From the NCBI GenBank assembly GCA_963664705.1, contig OY761556.1:6400001-6464000 (forward strand): a DNA stretch of 64,000 nucleotides, given 5' to 3'. A program made the position numbers and the translations under genes. The notes below the pieces were generated by a model, which saw only the letters and a list, made by a program, of their open reading frames with translations, searched no databases and was not told the DNA's origin. Origin of the DNA: Acidobacteriota bacterium (GTDB taxonomy: Bacteria; Acidobacteriota; UBA6911). Of this stretch, positions 20,026-28,423 are shown piece by piece. How positions within the stretch are numbered: position 1 is the first letter of the stretch; each line of letters opens with the position of its first letter.

Positions 20026-20859
20026 TCAGTCACTGAAAGCAAAGCGTATAGGCAAAATGGCTTTGACCGTTATTGGCGTACCGTTTCGAATGGCAGGAAG
20101 AAAAGACGATTTCTTCAGCGCCGCAATTGATGGCGGCACGAAAAGCGGATCGGAGGCTTCAATAACCTCCACATGCTTTAGGCACCCATTCGCATCAATA
20201 GTGATGGCAAGAACAACCTTCCCTTCTTTTTTCTGCCTTCGTGCTGCAAACGGGTATTCAGGCATCTTTCTTTGAAGAAATCGCGGACCGGTGGGAGATC
20301 CAAAGCTGACAAGATTTGAGCTATCCCCATTACCTTGCCCTGTGCCACCGTTTCCGAATCCGCCACTCCCATCCAAGCCGCCTCCGCCACCAATGCCCTT
20401 GCCCGAATTGCCGCCTCTGCCAACTCCGGTGATACTCCCGCCGGGAAATCCTTGAGCCACCGGTTCAGTCATTGTTAACGGCGCGATTTCTTCATTTGTT
20501 GAAAGCAAGCTTTCTCCCAGGATTTCAGTGCGAGTTTGTTGACTATTTCCATTTTCAACTGCCACAGCTATTGGGCTAGGCCGCGTGCCTTCATCCTGGG
20601 TTGCGGTGTTGTTTCGCTCCGTTGAAACCTCGGCTGCTTTTTGCTTAATAGGCTGCACTGGCCGTCCCGGTTTTACTGAAATCTCCGCGATCTCTTCCAT
20701 GGGAAGAGTGAGAGAGTTTTCATCTATCGGGACTACTTCGACAACATCAACGTCTCGAGGCGTATTCCTGACAGAGGATAGGATTGCCGCCAGAATAATC
20801 GCGTGCATCAACACCGATACCGCTATGCTCTTCAAGCGCCTGCCCCGATTTGTTGCCAT
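20026..20859 (-). CDS. tonB: Energy transducer TonB
   Basis: N-terminal TM with SVLMH, Gly-rich linker, and C-domain PEYPFAARRQKKEGKV...FLPA. Confidence 0.88.
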   Translation of the reverse strand: MATNRGRRLKSIAVSVLMHAIILAAILSSVRNTPRDVDVVEVVPIDENSLTLPMEEIAEISVKPGRPVQPIKQKAAEVSTERNNTATQDEGTRPSPIAVAVENGNSQQTRTEILGESLLSTNEEIAPLTMTEPVAQGFPGGSITGVGRGGNSGKGIGGGGGLDGSGGFGNGGTGQGNGDSSNLVSFGSPTGPRFLQRKMPEYPFAARRQKKEGKVVLAITIDANGCLKHVEVIEASDPLFVPPSIAALKKSSFLPAIRNGTPITVKAILPIRFAFSD

Positions 20860-20880
20860 CGAATAATCCCCGAATCGGGC

Positions 20881-20924
20881 AAAAAAAATCCCCGGATCCG
20901 GCCAATAGGGCCAAATCCGGGGAT
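20881..20924 (-). terminator. Intrinsic terminator (riboswitch 1 expression platform)
   Basis: Minus strand ATCCCCGGAT...ATCCGGGGAT followed by a T run. Confidence 0.8.
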
Positions 20925-20989
20925 GCCGTTTTTCATCCTCGATGTTTTGCCAGAGCACCCAATCCACGAGGTGCAGCGCAAATTTTTCT

Positions 20990-21135
20990 GTTCAGGTCTT
21001 CCGGCTTCCGGATCGTTCTACTTGCCGCGCCTTCCCATCCCATCGGACAGTGGCAATCTGCGGTTTTCGTCCCCGGTTACGGCGGCGGGTCCGCGACGGA
21101 TTTCAACCGTCTTCCCTATCGAATTTTCAAAATAG
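20990..21135 (-). ncRNA. Cobalamin riboswitch 1 (controls the tonB / nif-like / cob operon)
   Basis: Minus strand AGGGAA-GACGGTTGAAATCCGTC-GCGGACCCGCCGCCGTAA...GCCACTG...GGGAAGGC...AGCCGGAAGACCTG (B12 box). Boundaries approximate. Confidence 0.9.
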
Positions 21136-21224
21136 AACTTTTACAGACAATGCGTGATGCAAGTCAAGCTAATTTCAATGTTGTTGACCCGCACCGTTGA
21201 TCGCTATATATTGGCGCCGCTTTT

Positions 21225-21393
21225 CGGTTCTTCGCGAATACGAAGAAAAAAGGGAACCTGGTGCGAATCCAGGACTGCCCCGCAGCGGTAAGCAGGAACG
21301 AAAGCCATCACCAAGCACTGATCCTCTCCGGGATTGGGAAGCGATGGCCAGTAGAGATTAAGTTTTATTGCCTGCAAGTCCGAAAACCTGCCG
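21225..21393 (+). ncRNA. Cobalamin riboswitch 2 (upstream of the short cbiZ)
   Basis: AAGGGAACCTGGTGCGAATCCAGGACTGCCCCGCAGCGGTAA...GCACTG...GGGAAGC...AGTCCGAAAACCTGCC. Confidence 0.9.
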
Positions 21394-21529
21394 ATAGCTG
21401 ACGCGATCCTCGCGTTGAAATTCACGAGTCGCCGAGGGGCGGGCTGGTACCTCCCATTATTGATATATGGGCATATGTTTTTCCCCTTTTGGCTAAAACC
21501 TTGAGCGATAGCAGAAAGGGTGATCAAGC

Positions 21530-22267
21530 GTGATGGAAATTGTCGAAGAAGTGATTCCGCTACCGCGAGATAAATCTTTTGTTTGCCGGAAGTGTGATAA
21601 GACGCTCGTAGTTTCATTCGCGTTGCCGCGTCCCGTTCTCAGTTGGGCCGCCTATAACGGCGGATTTCGCACGAATGTCTCCCACGTCATCATTCATGCC
21701 GTGGACTCAATTCCGGTACAAAGCGCGCGCCAAGCGGCAAGTAGACTGGACCTGCGCGGTACCGTCGTCGGCATGATGACGCGACACGAGTTGGATTTCC
21801 AGACAGTTACGGTGGCCGAGGGAGATCTGCAGGTTTCCGCCATAGCGGTTGCAGATTGTTCAATGATGGCAACAGTCGGAGAACATCCGGTGCATCCAAT
21901 CGAAAGACCAGGACCGAATATTCACCTTACTTTATTCAATCTCATTCTGGTTACAAATTACCGCTTCACGCAAGAAGCTATGCTGGAAGCCATTTCCATA
22001 GCAACTGAAGCAAAATCCCGCGCAATCTGCGAACTGGGTCTCCATACGCGAAGCGGAGAGCTCGCCACTGGCGGCACCGCCGATTGTGTGGCTATGGTTT
22101 CGGGTCTTGATCGGCGCTATGAATGCTGCTCCAAAGAGGAGGCGTGGGGAATGCTGATTGGACGGGCCTCGCTCGAATGCATGCGAAGGGCGCTGGCCGG
22201 CAGTGCTGCTGTTTCACATTCGATCCAGCGAGCCCAATTTTGTCATCGAACCACAAAAGCCCTCTAA
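21530..22267 (+). CDS. cbiZ: Adenosylcobinamide amidohydrolase-like protein (short CbiZ)
   Basis: VLSWAAYNGG, VGMMT, EAISIATEAK and ATGGTAD; lies downstream of a B12 riboswitch. Confidence 0.75.
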   Translation: MMEIVEEVIPLPRDKSFVCRKCDKTLVVSFALPRPVLSWAAYNGGFRTNVSHVIIHAVDSIPVQSARQAASRLDLRGTVVGMMTRHELDFQTVTVAEGDLQVSAIAVADCSMMATVGEHPVHPIERPGPNIHLTLFNLILVTNYRFTQEAMLEAISIATEAKSRAICELGLHTRSGELATGGTADCVAMVSGLDRRYECCSKEEAWGMLIGRASLECMRRALAGSAAVSHSIQRAQFCHRTTKAL

Positions 22268-22945
22268 CGCTATGCTTGATGTGACAATGGCACAAGTTGC
22301 CGGACCGGCGCTTTCCCACAGGACAGAAATATCAAACCCAGATATCAGTCTGGTGTGTAATCCGGTTTCTTCCTCCAATACGTGCAACTCCCAGCCAATC
22401 CCCCGCGAGCCGCAAGGGATCACATCTCCTATACCTGTATTCTCGCGCAATTGACGAATCTGCCTGGGAGTCGGCAATACAGCCAGGTTCACAAGCACTT
22501 CTTCTCCAACATAAGGTTTCCCGAGCAAATACACATCGTCTCCCGCTTGAGCAAGCCGCCACGAAAGCTGCTTGCATTCGCCGAGAAGCGTGATTCCTAT
22601 CGCTGTAATATTGGTTGGTACATTATCTTCAGTGCTTCCTCCCCATGAAAGGTCCGGATATCCGGAATCGGCAAGCTCAGCTTGTATTCCGGATAATAAT
22701 CGGGTGCCTGTCGGTTCACGCTCATTGCATGTCAATGCCATCAGTGAGAAAGGAACAGCACCTACCGACAGTGTCTCCATCAGACAGACGCGCGCTGTCA
22801 TACGACCGCATAATTCGGGCGCTACTTGGATTGCATCGCCCGGTTTCATCCCGAGGCCACCCAAGCTATCGGCGGCAATGGTGAGGAAGCCCTCCTTTTG
22901 CTGGTATACCAGAATATCGCGCGATGTCTGCACCAATGGGATCAT
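22214..22945 (-). CDS. cblS: Alpha-ribazole kinase (CblS-like, PurM/AIR-synthase fold)
   Basis: RD...IAADSLGGLGMKPGD, TARVCLME, GSTEDN, PCGSRGI and SAGPATC. Confidence 0.75.
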   Translation of the reverse strand: MIPLVQTSRDILVYQQKEGFLTIAADSLGGLGMKPGDAIQVAPELCGRMTARVCLMETLSVGAVPFSLMALTCNEREPTGTRLLSGIQAELADSGYPDLSWGGSTEDNVPTNITAIGITLLGECKQLSWRLAQAGDDVYLLGKPYVGEEVLVNLAVLPTPRQIRQLRENTGIGDVIPCGSRGIGWELHVLEEETGLHTRLISGFDISVLWESAGPATCAIVTSSIALEGFCGSMTKLGSLDRM

Positions 22946-23946
22946 TATTCGTCCTTCACATTGGGATGAACTCCGGCCATGGCATTTCGCTGGAGGCAGA
23001 TTTTGCCCAACCATTCTTCGCGCGACCTGTACGAAAATTCGTAGGTCACATAGGCGGGATCAATTACGTCAAAAAGGCCAGCAATGGCCGGATCCTCAAA
23101 AGGATCATGATGATCAATCCGGTTTACGTGATCGATTGCCTGATGGTATCGATCCCAGAAAGTCCCGGTTGCTACTGGAGGTGACGGTAGCACGAGGGTT
23201 TTCGCCACATATTCCGCCGAAAGACTTCGCGTCAGATGAACTCCGCGGATAGTTCGGCGAGCCTCTCCCAAGGAACGCACAGACCGAATAAGGAATTCGA
23301 TACCCGCTGCTTCCGTAAAAATGCTCTGGTTGGTATTCAGCATATGCCCTGTGTCAAAAACAACTCCGGTATGTGGGTAAGTGATGCGTTCCATCGCATA
23401 CTCGATTTCTTCCGGGTGTAGCGCTCGGAAACTTCCCGGCCACCATAAATTTTCAAGGAGCAAGTCGCCGCGAAACGGAGAATCGGCAAGGACTGCATTC
23501 AGCAGTTCCGCACACATATCTACCGTATCGCGCCAATCCCAGGGAAACTGCCAGTTGTATATGTAATCGAATTCGCTTTGTGCCAGATGAAAAACGGCAT
23601 ACGCACATCCAAGCTGATGTGCAAGTGTCAATTGGCGCCGGTAGTTCGCTATCAGCGACTCGCGCGTTGGTCCTCCATAAAATGTTGAAACCGTCTCCGA
23701 GTCACCGAATATTTCCAGCAGGCGCCGGTTGTCCTCAGTCCAGAATGGCCTGAGAATCGGGTAGAAGCGCAGATGCATCCCGATGATCAATCCTTTGGGA
23801 ATAGTCTCCCATGCATGTTCACCTACTGGATATAATTCAAATCCGTCAAACCCTTCGGCTTCCAGAATTCCTCGAGCATTGTTCCAGTCGTGGCCAATAA
23901 TCGCCTGGTCACCGGGATGAGTGCTGATATTCAACGCGAACTTCAT
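22945..23946 (-). CDS. Xylose-isomerase/AP-endonuclease-2-like TIM-barrel protein
   Basis: Metal-ligand motifs GMHL, AVFH, LENLWWPG, FDTGH, GVHL, DHHDP and YE. Confidence 0.8.
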   Translation of the reverse strand: MKFALNISTHPGDQAIIGHDWNNARGILEAEGFDGFELYPVGEHAWETIPKGLIIGMHLRFYPILRPFWTEDNRRLLEIFGDSETVSTFYGGPTRESLIANYRRQLTLAHQLGCAYAVFHLAQSEFDYIYNWQFPWDWRDTVDMCAELLNAVLADSPFRGDLLLENLWWPGSFRALHPEEIEYAMERITYPHTGVVFDTGHMLNTNQSIFTEAAGIEFLIRSVRSLGEARRTIRGVHLTRSLSAEYVAKTLVLPSPPVATGTFWDRYHQAIDHVNRIDHHDPFEDPAIAGLFDVIDPAYVTYEFSYRSREEWLGKICLQRNAMAGVHPNVKDE

Positions 23947-23982
23947 TCAGGAGAGTTCCTTTCTCTTAAGGCGGCACTTGTT

Positions 23983-25533
23983 TTATTTCGTCGGTTTTAA
24001 ATCCAAGGTGTCTCGGCGGAGAAGAAGATTGTAGTCAAAGCGATCGTAAAACCGTTTATTCCTGCTCTTCGAAGCATCCAGCCTCATTGAACACGCGCCC
24101 TTGCCGTAAGCAGCGGCCTCATCCCATCGATGGTGGCTGTCCGTGGGAGCACAGACTATGGCTTTGTTGCTGCTGGCCGCTGCGATATAGAGTTGTTCGA
24201 TGCTCCTGGTTGCCAGAGCTCGGCTCATCTGCTCGCTAAGCTCTTTCCCAGTTGATGCCACTGCTATATCACAGCCAAGCTTTGCTCCCGCCAAAGCAAG
24301 TTCGGGATGCATCAGCTCTTCAGCACAGGCAAGCAGAACTCTCGCCCCGGCGATATCCGCAATGCAGAGCTTGTCTGTGGCGTTCTTTCCCATTGGCTGA
24401 TGGTGTCGGATGATGCGGCCTGAGGCTTCGGCGAGAATCATGGTACAGTTGTCCGGATTTGAATTGTCCAGAAATCCAGCGCACACATCTACGCCACGGC
24501 GTGTTGCAACCGCGGCGAGAATATTCTCCGCTTCAGCGATCGAAGAAGCTTTGCCGGCGGGCAATACCAGAAGGCGCGCATCCGGTCCTGAAGTTGCGCT
24601 GTTAAGAATGTTCTCAATCGCCAAAGAAGAAAAAACCTGCTCGGGAGGCAGCACTGCAGAAATCAGGATGCGTTCTACGGGTTTTGGAAGCTCATAATAT
24701 GATGTTAGATCGGCAGCGTAGCGCATATCCAGGTACATCGGCGTATAGAGATGCGGAGTTCTTGATTGGAGTCGCTCCAAGGAAAGGCTCGCGAGTCTTC
24801 CGTTGTACAACGGCAGGCATGCATAAAATATTTTAGAGTCCGTACTGCTCTCCTGCACAAGAGTCTCTCCATACGGTGTGTAGCAGCATGATTTTGCATT
24901 AAGAAATTCCATAGTGCGGTCGGTCCCGCACCGATTGCAGGCGGCGATATAAACCCCATTTTCAAAGGCCCTGGATTGCCAGAGTTCTGCCGGGTCGAGA
25001 GGATCCGACGGCCAATTGGCTGGAACCAAAATGATGTCCGCTCCTCTCAGAGCCGTGGTACGCGGGATGGCCCCGAAATAGGTGTCGGAACAAATAAGGA
25101 TTCCCGCCCGTCCCCATGGAGTCTCAAATGTATTCTGCTGTTGAGGATCTCCCGGGCAAGCCCACCGCACCTCCGCTGATGTTTTCCGATAATGGCAAAC
25201 AATATTGCCTCCGGGCGAAAGAGCCGATGCTGCATTATAAAAAATGCCGGTTGCATCATCGCGTTCCGCATAACCCACAACGATATAGGCTCCATGCTCG
25301 GACGCAATGCCTGCGAGCGCATGGATTAGTGGCCCGTCCATTGTTTGAGCCGCGCCCGCGATATCGTCACATGATCGAAAACTGTAGCCGGAAATGCAAA
25401 GTTCGGTATTAACAATGATCTTTGCACCAGCCTCCGCAGCCTTGCGATTGAGCGATATCAGTTCTCTTAGGTTATGCTCCGGCTGATTGTAGCGAACGTT
25501 TAGATGAACCAGCCCGATCTTCAGTAGTTCCAT
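23983..25533 (-). CDS. Carbon-nitrogen hydrolase (nitrilase superfamily) with a degenerate second domain
   Basis: Catalytic triad motifs NTELCISGY, YRK and ICSD; C-terminal half retains only remnants (LACAEELMHPE...KLGCD). Confidence 0.82.
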   Translation of the reverse strand: MELLKIGLVHLNVRYNQPEHNLRELISLNRKAAEAGAKIIVNTELCISGYSFRSCDDIAGAAQTMDGPLIHALAGIASEHGAYIVVGYAERDDATGIFYNAASALSPGGNIVCHYRKTSAEVRWACPGDPQQQNTFETPWGRAGILICSDTYFGAIPRTTALRGADIILVPANWPSDPLDPAELWQSRAFENGVYIAACNRCGTDRTMEFLNAKSCCYTPYGETLVQESSTDSKIFYACLPLYNGRLASLSLERLQSRTPHLYTPMYLDMRYAADLTSYYELPKPVERILISAVLPPEQVFSSLAIENILNSATSGPDARLLVLPAGKASSIAEAENILAAVATRRGVDVCAGFLDNSNPDNCTMILAEASGRIIRHHQPMGKNATDKLCIADIAGARVLLACAEELMHPELALAGAKLGCDIAVASTGKELSEQMSRALATRSIEQLYIAAASSNKAIVCAPTDSHHRWDEAAAYGKGACSMRLDASKSRNKRFYDRFDYNLLLRRDTLDLKPTK

Positions 25534-25659
25534 ACATGACTCCAAGGGATGCTGAACAGGAGATGCACGCATCTCTGACAAAATATCATCGCGGGTTTAA
25601 GGTTGAGCCTTGTGCGGACTTAAGAAGACCGTCTGGCACCCCTGATCCCGGAGGCATTC

Positions 25660-25745
25660 GTCCTCTGACTGATAGATCGTCCGATAGGGCGTCTAAACAC
25701 AGTTACGGGTATAGTCTCGGATTCTCACCGAATTCCCTGCCAAAA
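25660..25745 (-). ncRNA. Cobalamin riboswitch 3, short (class II-like) form
   Basis: Minus strand AGGGAATTCGGTGAGAATCCGAGACTATACCCGTAACTGT...short hairpin...AGTCAGAGGAC; lacks the GCCACTG/GGGAAG peripheral extension. Confidence 0.72.
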
Positions 25746-25877
25746 ATCCGTAATCAAATATCATTGCCGTTTCAGAAATGTCAACGAATTTGATTTTTGT
25801 GAAAACCCGAACGTGGATTCAAAAAGCGCTTGACTTCAAAGCGACTTGTTTGTAATTTCGCATTTCGATCGCTCTTT

Positions 25878-26013
25878 TAAATATGATCAGGGAAGACGGT
25901 AGAAGCCGTCGCGGACCCGCCGCCGTAACCGGGGACGAAAGCTGCAGAATGCCACTGTCTGATTGGATGGGAAGGCGCAGCAAGTAGAACGATCCGGGAG
26001 CCGGAAGACCTGA
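25878..26013 (+). ncRNA. Cobalamin riboswitch 4 (first of a tandem pair before btuB)
   Basis: AGGGAAGACGGTAGAAGCCGTCGCGGACCCGCCGCCGTAA...GCCACTG...GGGAAGGC...AGCCGGAAGACCTG; TTGACT-N17-TAATTT promoter at about 25830. Confidence 0.9.
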
Positions 26014-26073
26014 ATGCTTTGCGCCTCGCGGAATGGGCGTTGCACCTGATGTATAACGAGGATGAAAAACGGC

Positions 26074-26117
26074 ATCCCCGGATTTGGCCGAACTGGCCGG
26101 ATTCGGGGATTTTTTTT
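26074..26117 (+). terminator. Intrinsic terminator after riboswitch 4
   Basis: ATCCCCG...CGGGGAT followed by a T run. Confidence 0.8.
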
Positions 26118-26164
26118 GGCTTGTCAATATTCTTAATGAGGTGATGCACAAAAATTGACCATGT

Positions 26165-26305
26165 AGCTCCGGATCCAGGGAAGGGAGTGAAACGCTCCCA
26201 CCGCCCCGCGACTGTAATCGGGACGAAAGCCGCAGGATGCCACTGTCCTAAGGGATGGGAAGGCGCGGCAAGTAGGCAGAACGAAAGTCAGGAAACCTGT
26301 TCCGG
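26165..26305 (+). ncRNA. Cobalamin riboswitch 5 (second of the tandem pair)
   Basis: AGGGAAGGGAGTGAAACGCTCCCACCGCCCCGCGACTGTAA...GCCACTG...GGGAAGGC...AGTCAGGAAACCTG. Confidence 0.88.
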
Positions 26306-26355
26306 CGGCATTTAAAAACTCTATTTCCTTCGCGGGAAGTTAAGGAGATTATCCA

Positions 26356-28320
26356 ATGAGAAGATTTCGTTTCGTTTTGCCCTTAGTGGCATTGCTGTTG
26401 ATTTTTCACTTCGTGCCTGCCCTGATCGCTCAGGATTCAAGCAATTCCAAGCCGTCGACGAGCGATAAATCCAATGAACACCAATACCAGCTTGAGGAGC
26501 TTGTAGTAACCGCAACCAAAGTGGAGACCCCCACAAAGGAAATTGGAAGTTCCATAACTGTTATTACAAGCCAAGAGATTGCGGAAAAGCAGCAGTCAAG
26601 CGTCCTCGATGTCCTGCGCTCCGTACCATCGCTGGATGTTGCTCGAAGTGGCGGTATGGGTCAGACAACTTCAGTATTCATGCGCGGCGCCGATTCCGAA
26701 CACACGCTGGTTCTCATAGACGGAGTCGAGATGAATGACCCCATTTCAGCCGGGCGTTCCTTTGATTTCGCAAACCTCACTACCGACAACATTGAGCGCA
26801 TTGAAATATTGCGCGGCCCGCAAAGCACTCTTTATGGATCCGACGCCATCGGCGGTGTAATCAACATCATCACAAAAACCGGAGAGGGCAAACCAAACGG
26901 GTTCTTTTCAGTTGAAGGTGGATCTTTTAAATCATTTAGGGAAGCTGGTGGGCTTAATGGAGGCAATCAACGAATCAAGTATTCCGTAGGCTTTTCTAGA
27001 CAGGATACTGATGGAATTTCCGCTGCCGGAGAAAAATACGGGAACTCCGAAAAGGATGGGTATGGAAACACTTCCGTTTCGGCGAAACTCGGTATAACGC
27101 CAGTTCATAATCTCAATGTTGACATAATTTTCAGGCGGATAGACGCCAAGGCAGACATAGATTCTATCGGAGGGCCTGGAGGTGACGACCCAAATGACAC
27201 CACCAGTTCCACTGAACACTATGTCAGAGCACAAACGAGACTTTCACTGTTTCACAATATCTGGGATCAGAAAATCGGGTTTTCGCTAACCAACAATAGC
27301 CGAACCTATAAAAATGAAACTGATGCAGCACATCCGTATGATAGCGATCACTCTTCCTACGATGGAAACATTTATAAGTTCGACTGGCAAAATAATTTCA
27401 ATATTCACCGGACGAATGTGCTGACAGCCGGATTGGAGACTGAACAGGAAAAAGGCAAATCGGATTATTATTCGACGAGTGCCTATGGACCCTACTCCAG
27501 TATCTTCCCGGAAAAAACAGCCCGCACCAACGGCTACTATCTTCAGGATCAGGTAAAATTGTGGGGATCGTGGTTTACCACTCTTGGAGTTCGGCTGGAT
27601 GACCATAGCAGGTTCGGTACAAAATCGACATACCACTTTGCATCCGCCTATGTTTTTGAGAAAACCGGAACAAAAATCAAGGGCAGCTATGGAACCGGAT
27701 TCAAAGCACCTTCGCTCTATCAGCTTTATTCCACCTACGGCGATGAAAATCTGAAGCCGGAAGAAAGCACAGGATGGGATCTTGGATTGGAGCAGTCGCT
27801 CGTTGGCCAAAGAGTAACAATCGATGCCACTTATTTTCACAACGATTTCGAAAACCTGGTGGATTTCAACAGCGCGACCTACAGGTACACGAACATCGCC
27901 AAAGCCAAGACGCAGGGAGTCGAATTATCTGCATCTATCCATGCAAGTGAATCACTGGTCCTCCGTGGAAGTTACACATATACGGATACGGAGGATAAGG
28001 ATACAGGGCTTGCGCTTCTTCGAAGGGCAAGAAATAAGGCCGGGCTCGACGCAAATTATCGGCTGTCGACAAAAGCAAATCTCAATTTGGGGGTTCACTA
28101 TGTGGGGAAAAGATCGGACGTTGATTATTCCGCCTATCCCTACCCGCGTGTAGAAATGCCGGGGTATGTGCTGGCAAACATAGCGGCTTCATATAATTTA
28201 ACAAGGAATTTTCAGGTTTTTTGTCGCATAGACAATCTTTTGAACCGCGACTATGAAGAGGTAAAGGGTTACGGGACGCCTGGAATTTCTGCGTTTGGCG
28301 GAATAAGGATCCCCTTTTAG
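26356..28320 (+). CDS. btuB: TonB-dependent cobalamin receptor
   Basis: Signal peptide, TonB box ELVVTAT, plug motifs LIDGV and IERIEILRGPQSTLYGSDAIGGVINI, C-terminal Phe; B12 riboswitches upstream. Confidence 0.9.
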   Translation: MRRFRFVLPLVALLLIFHFVPALIAQDSSNSKPSTSDKSNEHQYQLEELVVTATKVETPTKEIGSSITVITSQEIAEKQQSSVLDVLRSVPSLDVARSGGMGQTTSVFMRGADSEHTLVLIDGVEMNDPISAGRSFDFANLTTDNIERIEILRGPQSTLYGSDAIGGVINIITKTGEGKPNGFFSVEGGSFKSFREAGGLNGGNQRIKYSVGFSRQDTDGISAAGEKYGNSEKDGYGNTSVSAKLGITPVHNLNVDIIFRRIDAKADIDSIGGPGGDDPNDTTSSTEHYVRAQTRLSLFHNIWDQKIGFSLTNNSRTYKNETDAAHPYDSDHSSYDGNIYKFDWQNNFNIHRTNVLTAGLETEQEKGKSDYYSTSAYGPYSSIFPEKTARTNGYYLQDQVKLWGSWFTTLGVRLDDHSRFGTKSTYHFASAYVFEKTGTKIKGSYGTGFKAPSLYQLYSTYGDENLKPEESTGWDLGLEQSLVGQRVTIDATYFHNDFENLVDFNSATYRYTNIAKAKTQGVELSASIHASESLVLRGSYTYTDTEDKDTGLALLRRARNKAGLDANYRLSTKANLNLGVHYVGKRSDVDYSAYPYPRVEMPGYVLANIAASYNLTRNFQVFCRIDNLLNRDYEEVKGYGTPGISAFGGIRIPF

Positions 28321-28423
28321 CCGCAGAGATGGCCCCGCATTGCTATTCGCATTTGGCCGTGATTCACGGGCTTGGCGAGGCGGGAAGCAATGCGGGGCCA
28401 TCGTATCCCGGCATTTGTCGAAT

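Noticed and set aside
20803-21617. Short ORFs over the riboswitch regions (also 25536-26151, 32946-33656 and 42041-42337)
   Set aside because: They coincide with riboswitch aptamers and terminators; their mutual similarity reflects RNA conservation.
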